The notes below the pieces were generated by a model. That model was not told the DNA's origin, made no database searches, and saw only the letters and a list, made by a program, of their open reading frames with translations. From Lama glama (lineage: Eukaryota): DNA of 64,000 bases. The stretch spans positions 99,884,001 to 99,948,000 of the forward strand of contig CM052816.1 in the NCBI GenBank assembly GCA_028534125.1. The letters are read 5' to 3'. This document shows positions 52,595 through 64,000 of the stretch, piece after piece (the first letter of the stretch is position 1; each line of letters opens with the position of its first letter). Position numbers and translations under genes: made by a program.

Positions 52595-52887
52595 CTGCAG
52601 GGGAAACACAGCAAGACAAGAACACAGCACCGTCAGTAGATGGAAGCGGGGACCGAGCGTCGCCGGCTCTGCCAGCCGAGCGCCCAGGGGCGGGGTCGCC
52701 TGCCCCGCGCGGCTCCCGGCTCAGGAGAAACCGGAGGGGGGGGTGGGATCGGCTAGCCCCGGCGTGTCTGGTGCATGGCGCCCCTCTAACGTTGACTGAG
52801 CGACCCCACCGCCGCCTGCCCCGCTCAGCCTCTGGCCCTCAACGCCACCCTCGCCCCTGCCCAGTGGTAAAGGCCAGCTGCACTCAC

Positions 52888-52960
52888 TTGTCGCGTACGG
52901 GCTGGAAGGGTGACTTTAACTGCTGGGCCGGCGAGTCGGGCCTGGGGACGAGGTCTCTCT
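52888..52960 (-). CDS. IRX1: IRX1 coding exon 3 (ERDLVPRPDSPAQQLKSPFQPVRD)
   Basis: TCCCTCGCAG| acceptor, AA|GTGAGTG donor; 73 nt; frame continuous with exons 2 and 4. Confidence 0.96.
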
Positions 52961-53326
52961 CTGCGAGGGAGGGGAAGAGGCTGAGCGTTAGGACGGGGAA
53001 CACGGATGCCGCAGCGGCGCCCAGGCCGCCTCTCCACCCGACCCGGCTCCACTCCATTCCCTCCCACCCCTCAGAAGTGTCTCCAGGGGAAAACTACCCA
53101 CCTCCTTCCCGTGTTGGGCCAGTGGGTAGAGCATGGGCTTTCTCGGGAGAGCCGAGCAGAGTGCCTTGGCCTCGCTCCTTGAATTCAGGCAGGGATGACT
53201 GATCAGCCCCGGCCTCGCGGTCACTGCGTCTCACCCTCCCCGGCCAGTGGTTCCACTCCACCCCCATGCCTTGCCTGGCCTCGTATTTCTCGCCTGGGGC
53301 GGAGCGGACGCCCACGGTCTGGTTAC

Positions 53327-54350
53327 CTGGGAGCGAGGGGCTGCTGCGGGCTGAGGCCTTGTCGCCGTGGAGCACCCCCGCGGCGACGGTGACGGCCGGC
53401 TGAGGTGGCGGCGCGGACAGGTGAGGGCCGTGGGGCGCCCCGACGCCCAGGAAGGAGCGCACGTTGAGCAGCGAGCCCTGCGCGAGGAACGCGCCGTTGG
53501 TCCAGTTGGAGAACTTGCCGATGTGGCAGGTGTACAGTCCGTGGCTGGGCAGGAAGGCGGGGTGCTGCAGCGGCGCTCCCGCGGGGGGGGCGTGCGCGCC
53601 TGGATGGCCCGGGGGCGGCGGCGGCGGCGAGGCCTTGGGGGCGCCGTCGGGGCTGGTGGCCGTCTCCGCTAGCGACCAGATCTTGGGCTTGCTGTGCGGA
53701 GCGCCCTGCAGGCTGCCTGTCGTGGCGCCGGGACTCAGCAGGCGCGTGCTGCCGGGCTCCGGGACCTCCTTGGACAGGCCCAGGGGCGAGTCTTGGTTCT
53801 TGAGCGCATCGGCGGCCGCCAGCGGCGAGCCTGGTTCCCGGGCCAGGGCGGTGGGCGCGGCGGGCGCGCGAGGTGCCTCGGCCTTGTCCTCATCGTCCTC
53901 GTTGCTCTGGTCGCCGTCGTGCTCGTCGATCTTGTCGATGTCTATGCTCTCTAGGTCTATCTCCTCGTCGTCCTCGGCCTTCTCTGGGTCCCCCTCGGTG
54001 TCGCTTCCGAAGAGAGCACCGTCCTCCTGGTCCTTGCTGCGCGCACCCCACGTCACCTTGTTCTCCTTCTTGAGGCGCCGGCGCGCGTTGGCGAACCAGG
54101 TGGAGACCTGCGTGAGGGTCATCTTGGTGATGATGGCCAGCATGATCTTCTCGCCCTTGGTGGGGTAGGGGTTCTTGCGGTGCTCGTTGAGCCAGGCTTT
54201 GAGCGTGCTGGTGCTCTCCCGCGTGGCGTTCTTGGGCCGCCCGGGATCCCCGTACTGGAACTGGCCGTAGGGGTAATACGCTGGGGCCGTGTGGGCTGCG
54301 AAGGTGGCGGGGTGCACTCCCGGGTTGTCCTTGAGTTCATACTGAGAACC
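53327..54350 (-). CDS. IRX1: IRX1 coding exon 2: TALE homeodomain (about 54060-54236), acidic region and IRO box [13 protein letters not shown] (53652-53690)
   Basis: CTGCAG|GGTTCTCAG acceptor after a long pyrimidine tract; [59 protein letters not shown]; donor CCAG|GTAACC; 1024 nt, phase 1. Confidence 0.98.
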
Positions 54351-54829
54351 CTGCAGCCACCAGGCCCAGCGAGGGAGGAGAGTAGGGATGCAGAGAGAGA
54401 GAGGAAGGGAGGGAGAGAGAGAGAGATGAGTCCCTACAACTGGGAAGGCGCTCCCCCCTGCTGGGAAGCTAGCCCTAACGCATCTCCCGCCTGGGAGGGA
54501 GAGGGGACAGACCGCAAGCCTCCTCCAGCAGCTGCCCTTCCACCCATCATGGAGAGCGTTGTCACTCAAGAAAAGTTCCAGACTCCGTCCACCTCTAGAA
54601 GGCCACAGCAGAGCCTCGGCCCCTGGAACCTCCCTAGGCCTCCCTCAGAGCCGCCTCCCCCACCTCCCATAACACCTCCAGAAGCCAGATTCCCAAGTTT
54701 ATCTCACACTTGCCAGAGGGGAAAACCTTTTAACCAGCCTGATAAAACAGCTTCTCTAAGCGCAGAGAATCTAGAGCTGACGCCCTCCTCCCTTCGACCC
54801 TGAGGGGGTCAAACAAAATAAACCGTCTC

Positions 54830-55350
54830 GGGTTTTCTTCTAGTCCAAATCCATCAGCAGTGTAAAATGAAAGCCCTTTCCTTTTAGCTCCCAAATTAAT
54901 CTGCATATAATGGCTTGCCCGCACTTAAAGGTCTGTAGTGGGTGACAGGTAATTTACAATTTTAATCCTGACCATCATCAAGAACAATAACACAAACACC
55001 ATTTGTTCTTTTTAAATACAAAAGGAGGTTTTATCCGGTAAAATATTAACGCGGGGACCCAGAGCACAGGCTGCACAGAGTAGAACACTTTCGAGGCCTC
55101 TCTCCTCGGTGACTTTATCGCTCAAGTTTGACTTTGATCAGGAGCGAGGGAGCACAAACTGTTTGCAGGCATTTAGAGGCCGTGATTTATTTGCAATCAA
55201 TATTCTTTTTATCATTGGTAGTAAAACACAGCAAGTCAAATTATCCCATCAGGTTTTTTGGTAAATAACATTTTATCTTTCTAACAACCTCATTAGGCCT
55301 CATTATTACCATAAATTGCCCAGACAGACATTCACTCACAATTTTATCTT
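54830..55350. promoter_or_regulatory. Candidate enhancer in IRX1 intron 1
   Basis: AT-rich non-repetitive block with TGACAG 54943-54948, CTTTGAT 55132-55138, TGATTTAT 55183-55190 and many TAAT cores. Confidence 0.55.
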
Positions 55351-57197
55351 CTGACTTCCAAATCCCCAACCCTAATGGCTTAGAGACCGAGGCCTAGGAT
55401 TTGGTTTAGGTCTAGGCTTCCTTTCCCAGAACCCGCAGGAGACCGCAAGGAAACGCGGGGACACTCACACAAGCCTTGGGAGGGGGTGGGGGGTAGAATT
55501 TCAATATAGCTTCCTCTCTGAAAAAAAAAATCAAGCATCTCCCTTCCCGACTCCGCCACAATGGGAGCAGATCCTCATCACACAGCTCCCTCCCTCCCCC
55601 ACAAACACACGCCCGCCGCTTTCCCAAATGGTACACATCTGTATTCAAAATCACTGTTAAAAAATTAGAATCTTCCATGTAAAAACTGTCGAGCTGCTGT
55701 GTTAGCAGAGGAGGACCCGGGACTCTGAGAAAGTTGCAGAAAGCAGAAGATTTCTTTGACTAATTAGTTTGGCGGGCGAGGCCACGGAGACAGGGTTTCT
55801 CTGGCTAGATCTCGTTTTTTGCCTAATCTTCGCAAAAAAGTCCTCTGCACTTTTCTAATTATTTTGGTTGTAACTGTAAGGAAGACATTTCAGCCTCGTC
55901 TCTGCTGGGAATTCTTTCTGAAAGGATACCTTGTAAATCTCTCATCGCTTCCCCTGCATCCCGGCCGCCGGAACAAAATGGGAGCTGATCTTTTTCGACA
56001 GCAACCGATCTGAAAGGCCGCTGGGGCCGCTTTCAGAGAAATAGGCTTTCTTTTCAAAACTACATGAAAAGTTCCAGGAAAACACAGCGGCCGCTTTGCT
56101 GGTGTACGGCTGTCGGGTATTTATTTCCTGTCTCTTCCTTCGGGGACTGGGGAGACCTGGGAGCATGAAAATTGCGTGATCCCGCCCGCAGCCTCGCGGG
56201 AGGGGGCTGCCTGCCCGGCCCCCCCTCCCCGCGCCAGGCGCGCAATTCCCACCAGCCCAAAGTTTAAACCGAACTTTGTAGTCAGAGGTAGGGAAATGGA
56301 TCCTTTGGGCCGACAGACGGGCCAACGGCTCCACGGAGCATTAAATTTGCAGCCCCCCCCCATCTGACACCCGCTGGGACAGGAGTCTAAGAGGACAGCA
56401 TTTATTTTAAGCGCAGGGACACTTCTCTTTAATCCTCCATCACGTAACGCGGGGAGAAAAGTGCTTTTCTTTCGGTACAAATGAAATCAAAACTTCGGCA
56501 ACTTAACGAAAGTCAGAGCAAACACCGTTTCAGACGCCAAAAATTATTTCGATTTTTTTTTATTTCAAATTTGCACTCGGCCCGTCAGACCTCCATTGTT
56601 AGGCTTATTTTGACCGACCCTACTAAGCTTTAAGGAGCTTCCTCTGGCAGACTCGGATACAGCTGCGTGAGCTCTGCCAAAGAGGGAGAGAATCGAGTCT
56701 CTCCGGCCCAGCCCCAAAGCTGAAAAGGTCGCGCCAGCCGCGGGCCGAGAAGGAGCGTCTGGATAAACCAGGCCGAGCTGCCCCGCCAGAACCCTGCCCG
56801 CCCGCCCCTCCGCCGCCGCCACCGCCACCGCCACCGAGCCGCGGGCGCTGGACGAGTTTGGCCCCGACCCCCAGCGCGGGCCGCGCGCCCCGGGCCTGCT
56901 CCTGCGGCCTCCCGACTCCCACTGAGACCCCCTGCGCGGCCCGGGCCTCCTGCCTCCCCGCCTCCCCGAGCCGAGATGGCGGGGCCGTTACCGGCCGGCC
57001 TCTCCGCGCTCCTGCGGCCCTCGCCGCCTCGGACCCGCCAACAGGGCCGCCCGGGCGCCTCGCCCGGGCCGGCTCCGCCCGCCCGCTCTCCCGCCCGCGC
57101 GCCCCGCCGCCCCGGGCCGCCCTCGCCCGGGGCGCCGGGCGGGCGGGGAAGGGCTGCCCGCGGCGAACAGGGCGCGAAGCCGGCCGGGCGCACTCAC

Positions 57198-57470
57198 CAT
57201 CTGCGAGAAGAGGCTGAGGTCGGCGGCGTAGGGCAGGAAGGCGCTGTAGTTGGGCGCGCCCGCGTACGGCCCCGCCGCCGCGTACATGCCCAGCACCGAG
57301 GTGACGGCGGCCGCGCCCGCGCCCGCGCCCAGCTCCGCAGCCCCGGGCCGGCCCGACGAGGCGGCGGCGGCGGCGGCGGCCGCCGCCAGCACTCCCGGGC
57401 GCTCGCCGCCGTAGGCGCCGGGCCCCGCGGCGCTCAGGTACTGCGGGTAGCCCAGCTGCGGGAAGGACAT
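57198..57470 (-). CDS. IRX1: IRX1 coding exon 1 ([29 protein letters not shown]9SSGRP...LSLFSQM)
   Basis: ATG at 57470-57468; 273 nt; ends ATG|GTGAGTG donor; N-terminus matches the IRX1 sequence I recall rather than IRX3. Confidence 0.97.
57360..57386 (-). repeat. (GCG)2(GCC)7 polyalanine tract, 9 Ala
   Basis: Read directly in exon 1. Confidence 0.9.
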
Positions 57471-60400
57471 GTCCGCGGACTCGGCGGCGGCGGCGGGCAA
57501 GTATTAAAACGGGCGGGGGACGGAGGCAGAGAGTCGGGGAGGCGCCGCACGGGGAGCCGGCGGCCGGCCGGGCGCGCTCGGGCCGGCCCGGAGGCGGGGG
57601 CCGGTGGCTGCTCCTCGGCCCGGTGCTCGCTGGCGCCCGGCTCCCGACTGCGCCCGGATCCGCGATCGCGCGGCGACTGCGGCGGCCGCCCTCCGCTCGG
57701 CGGCGGGGCTTTCAGACACAATTTGAAGTTGATGCTTTGATTGGCATCCCCTTGAGCGCTGGCCCCGCCCCCGGCTCCCCTCCCGCCCCCTCCCTGCCTC
57801 CCGCCCGCCCTCGCCGGCCGCTCCCGCCCCTCCTGGCGAGCACGTGGTGCCCCGCGCTGGCCGGGCCACCTCCGCCCGCCGTGGCCGCGCGAGCTGCCGG
57901 GCGGCGGGTGCGGGCCTGGCGGCCGCGGGCCCCTTCCCGACCGGCCCCCGCAGCTGTCTGACAACCTGTCGACGCCGGTTTACAGCTGTCGGACACTGGA
58001 GTGCGCCTTTTCGCAGCCGAGGTGTATCTACTCTCTCACCAAAACACCTCGGCGCCTGCTCTTCCACCGCTGGGGTGGCAAAGACGGGGCCCGGCGGAGA
58101 GCGGTGACAGCCGGCGGGGATCGGCCTCTCCTCCGAGGTCGGTGCTGCCTTTACCTCCCCGGGACATCTTTGGCAGAAGTGCCACTCAACCGGCGTGGCG
58201 TCCCCTGGCCCCCACTAGGTATTAACAGGTCACCTGGCAGTGACCGGCCTCTCTGCCCTTGGAGAAGCAGGAAGCGGCCGAGCGCTGCAGGCTTTTCCAG
58301 TTGTGAAAACTTTGCAAAAGGGCAACCCAGCAGGGAAGCCACTGGCTTGGGGGAAGCTGATGGCCGGTTCTTGTGAGTGAGCGGACCTTTTCTTTGCGAA
58401 GAAAACACCCTTTCGGCGGGAGGGAAACAGTCTGCCCCCACCCCGGAGCTGGGAGAAGCCAGCATGGCCTGGACGCCCCTCGTGTGTCCAGGAGGTGTGA
58501 AAACGCAGGAAGTAAACTTGTGCGGGGCGCGCCGGCCCGAGGCGGCGCCGCAACCGGGCCCGGGACCAGGAGTCTTCTCCCTCCCTCTCCGTTTCTATCT
58601 TCCGCCTCCGGAAGAGAGAGGGGACGCAGCCAGACAAGACGCGCTCAGGGATGGCTCCGGGTCGCCTGGGACCTGATGGGGCTCGGGCGCAGACCGGGTG
58701 CACTGTCCTCCTTGCCTCCTTGGACAGCTTGGATAGGCCGCTTCTGAGCTGCACTCGCTGGCTCGATCCTGGAGGCCCGGTGGGGAACGCGCCCAGCGTA
58801 CCTGCCTGAGCTCCCTTGGCCACTTTGCGCCCCATCTCCTAAGCGGCAACCCGGGCCAGGAGAGTACCCCCTGCTGCGGCCGTTCAAGAACGCGGACCCT
58901 GTTGGCATCTCATCCAGGGACTTGGGTGTTGGCCTCGGTTTGGACCCATTTGGGGCAACAGAATGGAGTACAGGCACCCAGAATGCTGTGCCATGGACTC
59001 CCGCGGCTTCAGGAAGACTCCCATTTCCCAATTTTGGGGCCTGAGGACAGACACAGAGCCACTGCCTATAATTAGCAAGGAGAACGCCCATAATAGTCAT
59101 TACTAATTACCAGCTGTGTGATCAGGCTTTATTTTCTGTGCTCAAAGTCAGCTCTTCTCCCTGTTCATGCTATCCCTCCCCTCCCCACCTGCCTCTGCTC
59201 ACTCCAGAAAGCCCCTACAACCGCCTGGGCACCTTTCCCACCTAGACAGCTTCTGGTGGGGACGGGGCGGGGGCGACTGCTGCTCGGGGGAGTCCCCAAC
59301 TGCAGCTTCCTCCGGCTCCCCAGCCCACCACCCCACACTCCCCAACCCCCTCTCCTCTCCCCTCCCCAACACCCAAAGCAAACTAATGGGCCAGCCCCAC
59401 CACTGTCCTGTTTAGCAAACTCCAGTGTCACATTTCAGGGTGGCAGGTAAATACAGGTGAGATAAGCCCTCTTGTGTGACCTGGAGAGCCAGGTGGAATG
59501 TAAGCCCAGAGAAGCCGCTCAGGGTCAAGACTCAGGCACATGGATGAATCACCTTCCCACAGCCTGCCAGCAGCAGCCCACCATCACTCCCGCCACAGCC
59601 CGCCATGTCCTGTCTGTATCAGCTCCATTCTGGTCATGAAATGATCGTAGGTTCCTGAAAATACCAGGGAGGCAAGCAGAAGTGCCCACTGGTTTTTGTA
59701 CCTGAGGAAAGGCAGTGATGGGGGAACTGGCACTAGGAAGGCCAATCAACTTGCCCCCCACCCACCCTGGAAAGGTCCCTGAGGGCAACTGTGGCTGTTC
59801 TCTGCCTGGGCCCAGGGGCTGGAATCCTAGTGGAGCCTGGCAACCACCCCTCCCCCACCTCTACCCTTCTCTCTCCTTGGATTTTTACCTTAAAACGTGC
59901 ACGTGGAAGACTAGGAAGCAATGAAGACCCAAAAAGGAAGAAAACTGCCTCCAAATTAGCCTGTTGGAGAGGGGGAAGGGCCGAGAAGGATCAGGAACTT
60001 CTCCAGGCTTGGGGGGGTGGTCTGCCCACCGGCCCTCTACTCACTTTTAGCACCCAGTGGTTAAGTAGGGCCGCGGAAGGCCTGGGCGAGAGAGCGGCCC
60101 TGTGCTGGAACCTGAAGGCTGACCTGAATTACCGCTTAAGGGATCCAGTGCTTCCCCCAAAGAGGCAGCCCCAGCTCACCAGCTTAGCCCTTCTGCCACT
60201 GCTCTGGTGGTCCAGGAGGCAGAGGGCCAAGACAAAGGACAAGTAAGGTCCTGCCCCGGCCTCAGACCACTGGAAGGGTGTATTTCAAATGCCCCACCAT
60301 CAAAAACCAGTGGCCCCCAGCCCCGCTCCTCTGGGTCCAGAGTGGGGAGAGACCTGCTTCCCAGACCCTGAGCCGCAGTCTCCACCTCACAAGGGGATGG

Positions 60401-61449
60401 ATCATGCAGGCCTGATCGCTGGTCAGGAAGCTGTGCTGGCCAGAGCACACCCCTCATTGTAGCCTCCGGCTCCTTACTGAGCCAGAGGCAGGGCCTCAGA
60501 GGGGCAAAGTCAGACCTAGGGGTCGCTGCGCAGCTGAATCAGAGCTCCACATGGTCTAGGTGCCCTTGTGTTCCCTAACGACCCCTACTCAGGGGCCCGT
60601 GACAGTTGGCCTTGATCTCAAGCAGGACCACATGGGGCTTCCGCAGGGGCAGTTGCCAGGGACCCCCTGGGTCGAGAGCCCAGACCCTCAGCATGTCCTG
60701 GCTAGAACAGGGCCTCTGGGTGCACTGGTGTGTGTGCAGGTTGCCATTGTGTGGACTCCACTCCGGAGGGCGGGGACTCATTTGGGCCCGGGGGGGTGGG
60801 GAAAGGCCCTGAGGCCATGGAGTGAGCTGGAGAGGGGGAGCAGGTGAACAATGGGCCTTCCAACCAAGCTGATGGAAGTTTGCTTGCCTACTTTCATTAT
60901 GGGTGTGGGGGTACTAATTTTCTAAGGGAAGGAAACTGTTACCACCAATCTGAGAAGAATCGTGTCCCTTGTCTTTCCCCAGATCCTCAGTAAAGGTGTG
61001 TCCAGCTGCCCTCCCTACTCCCACACCTGCATACTTATATCAGGATGAGATTAAACAATCTGAACATCACCTTCATTTACAATTTTACTTCTTCTGAAAT
61101 AATTTCCTGCTTATTTTGAAGCCTTGGTGACCTAGGTCTCTGAAAAAGAGGAGGCAGCTCCTGGGGAACCAGCCCATCCTTGGAGCCGTTAAGGGGACCT
61201 GCATTTGGCTCCACACACCTGAGTCCGGGATGCAGCGAGCTGGGTTTTGGCCTCCTCGTTTGCCTTTCAAAATGCATTATTTGCTTTGCAGATGGCAAGG
61301 CTACAGCGGTGGGTGGAAGCTCTGTGGCCAGGAGGGGCAGCCTGACCCTGGCCCCCTCTCCACCCCTCCCCACCCCTCGCCCCAGCCAGTCCCTCCCCTG
61401 CCCCCAGGCTTGCGCCCTGATTTATGAGTCTTGTTAAATACTCATTAAG

Positions 61450-62830
61450 ACTTAGCACCTTTCTCCAGCAGGATCTAGGAAGCCACCCTGCTTGGCGACA
61501 ACGAGACGAGTGTCAAACAGTCCCAGGCGGTGGAGACCCTTGCAGGAGCGCCCAGCTGTAACACGCACGTACAGGGGCGCCAGGCCAGGAGCCTGGGCGG
61601 GCGGCAGCAGCGATCACCGGGCCCTCTCAGCCCAGATCCCTGGGTCCCAGCCTGCGCGCTCCTGCCATTCCAAGCTCGGGCCCCATGCGGGTGACCAGGG
61701 ACACCCCTGCTGCCTCCAAGAGTATCACCCAAGCAACGTTCTGAGCGCGCGGGATTGCGGAGACCCCGCGGCGAGACGTGCGCGCCTTGTCAGGAAGGAC
61801 CCAGTGGGGTTGTCGGAGGAGACACCCAAGGACTCCAGGAAAACCCCGGGAGAAAGCCGCCCAAAAGCGAGAGGCAGGACTGTCAAATGCTTGGGGCAGT
61901 ATGCTCACTTCGCATTTCAGGCAACGCAGGAGTGTCTGGATGGATTAGGCGCTTGGGACCCGAGCGTGAAGGGGGAGCGAAGTGCGCTCCCGGGCGCCCA
62001 GAGCCTCCGAAGCCGGCCTGAGTTCCCCAGGGTAGAGAAATGGACTACAGTGGCCTGGCCTGGAGTGCCGCGATGTCGCCGTCCCCGAGTGTCGGAAGAA
62101 GCGAATTACATGCCTGTGCACACACGTAAATATTTTATAAACCTTCCCTTCATTAACCAGATCATTTCCATTCTGTCTCCAATATGATCAACGGCAACGG
62201 TGCGAGGGTTTTCAGGTTTACAATTTGATGTCACCAGACGGTTGCTCGGGGGCAGAGGTGTCATCGCCGCGCCAGCTGCAACTTGTATTTATTTGTTTTT
62301 CCACCGTGTTCCTGTAGGGCGCCATTATGCAGTTTTTAATTAGTTTGTGTTTGTACTTCACCCGTCCCAAGTCAGCGCCGTCCCGGAGCACGGCGCTGTA
62401 AATTCTCGCAGTACAGGTGTCGCTGCCTGCTCCGGGACTCGGGCGACCGCGTGTCGAGCAGATGAAAGCCGGGCGGCCGCGCAGCCGACCGCCAGCCCTG
62501 CGCAGCCCGGAGGCGCAGGTCAAAGCCATCGGGGACTCCTGCGCCCCCGCAGCGCCTCCCTCCGTGGCCGCTGCTCCTAATGCCATTAGAGGGAGCCGGG
62601 CCGAGCACGGTGTGGGGGACAAAGTGACTTTTCATTTTACTCTAGTCCTGGGGTCCTTGGGCCAGCACTGGCCTCCCGAGCGCCCGGGGCGCAGGGCCTA
62701 GTGGGCGCTGGGCAGACGCCGCGCCAGGCTCGCGCCCGGGGGACCCGGCTGTGCGCGCGCGCACGCAACCACCAAGCTCCCAAGAAAGGTCATTGCGACT
62801 TCCTTCCTGCCGGGTTCCAGCCTTTTAGTA
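61450..62830. promoter_or_regulatory. Upstream CpG island with an AT-rich core (about 62100-62360)
   Basis: CpG-dense flanks around a TAAT/FOX-rich core, 4-5 kb upstream of the IRX1 ATG. Confidence 0.6.
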
Positions 62831-64000
62831 GAACCCAGAGCAAGCAGCCCGAACTTCCGGAATCCCCAGACTGGAGAATCCCTCCTCAGCCCCAGATCGC
62901 GTGGGTGTTGGTTTCTCTTCTTGAAATGACCTCTGTGCGGTGCGTGTAAATCTGTTCTTCCAGCCACCAGGGGATTCTTTCAAAGCTTTTTCTTTTTTTT
63001 TTCTTTTTCTTTCTCTCTCTTTTTTTTTTTTGGTTAGGAGTAAGAGATTGTTCATGTTTAACTAGACCACATAGAAATTATGATTCCACAGCAGTGTGTA
63101 TTTAATTAGAGTAATCTCACTTGAATTTAATTACCTAATGAATTATTTGCTTAAAAGGTAGAACGTCTTGTTTGCCAAGTGCGGTGCAGACCTCTGATAA
63201 GAACTTGTGTTATAAGGACATTCCGGTTTAAAAGCAGCCATGTATTAAGCTGTATATTTTAACTCCTTGAGAATGTGACTGTTACTGCAGTGCTCACACA
63301 CAGACTGCGAGCATCGCGGGAAGACGTGGGGAAGGCAGCATCCTGTCAGCAGAGGTTCTGTTCTCTTTTGTGCACATGCCCCTTTTGAAATTAATATCTT
63401 CTAACGTTTTCTCATATAAGTCTGTTTTTAAACTTATTTCATTTTGCCTTCCGTAGCATTTTTTTCCTAGTGCCAGATGACAGCTGCCTAGTAGAAGACC
63501 CACTGCATGATGAGTATTTGCAGTGAGGTGGTGCATCCTTCAGGGAAACCCCAGCCCAGCTCCTCTGGGCCCCTGAGGCACCATCACCACCAGCAGCAAG
63601 GCTTTCAGAGGTTACCAGCCTTTAGAGGAAAGGAAGTTACGATCGCCCAGACTTCGATCTTACCCTTAAGTCCTAAATGAGGGAAGGATTTCAGTTCCTC
63701 TTGTTTTACAAAAGGAAGAGCAAAATAATTCCAAGCCCTGCCATCTTTTCTGATGGGTTCTGAAGATGACTTGTCTCCTGGTGACTCAATACTCAGTGCC
63801 ATTTGTGCCAAGTTCATAGCTGGGGTCCTCGGGGAGGAGTGTGACCTGCTAGAAGTCTAACACGATGGCTGTGTTTTCTGTGGTCAAGTTGCTGCAGACG
63901 CAGACTGCTTCATTCCCTCCCCTGCCCTGTGTGATGGACAGAATTTTCTATCCCTGCGTCGTGGAATTTCAGCAGTGAAATGTATGTCTGGGATTGGGCG

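Larger units (their letters stand above)
52550..54350. promoter_or_regulatory. Gene-body CpG island over IRX1 exons 2-4
   Basis: Dense CpG through exon 2 and intron 3. Confidence 0.75.
56750..58850. promoter_or_regulatory. IRX1 promoter/exon 1 CpG island
   Basis: Very high GC and CpG density; CCAAT at 57740-57744 (minus) overlapping CTTTGAT at 57735-57741; GC box 57763-57771; CACGTG at 57841-57846. Confidence 0.88.

Noticed and set aside
53464..54168. 234-aa ORF antisense to IRX1 exon 2
   Set aside because: Shadow ORF caused by GC3-rich codon usage
54351..54569. N-terminal 73 aa of the 491-aa ORF in the track
   Set aside because: Intron 1 sequence including the polypyrimidine tract; the real exon starts at 54350
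52537..57470. Alternative identification as IRX3
   Set aside because: [26 protein letters not shown] and the C-terminal LPSA match IRX1 as I recall it, not IRX3
57471..57500. Possible TTG-initiated 10-aa N-terminal extension of IRX1
   Set aside because: Near-cognate start just after an in-frame TAA; the ATG at 57470 gives the conserved MSFPQLGY start

Overview
Mammalian genomic DNA, probably camelid (inferred from several tRNA-derived SINEs of the Vic-1 type). The only protein-coding gene I can support is IRX1, an Iroquois TALE-class homeobox gene on the minus strand. It has four coding exons (57470-57198, 54350-53327, 52960-52888, 52594-52537) giving 1428 nt and 475 aa, with GT-AG introns and AATAAA at 52180-52185, all set in CpG islands. 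Positions 1 to about 52 kb are the gene desert downstream of IRX1. They hold L1 fragments of several ages, SINEs, an MLT1 LTR, MIR/L2/MER5 relics, a 500-N assembly gap and many short AT-rich, motif-dense islands that look like conserved non-coding enhancers. I found no new coding system; the hundreds of short ORFs are consistent with chance GC-rich frames. The best leads are regulatory: a 4x TCF/LEF cluster, PBX-HOX/MEIS elements, a hairpin-containing island, orphan CpG islands, repeat strand bias and GC/CpG-shifted ancient repeats. Repeat family names and boundaries are by eye and approximate; motif calls are predictions only.
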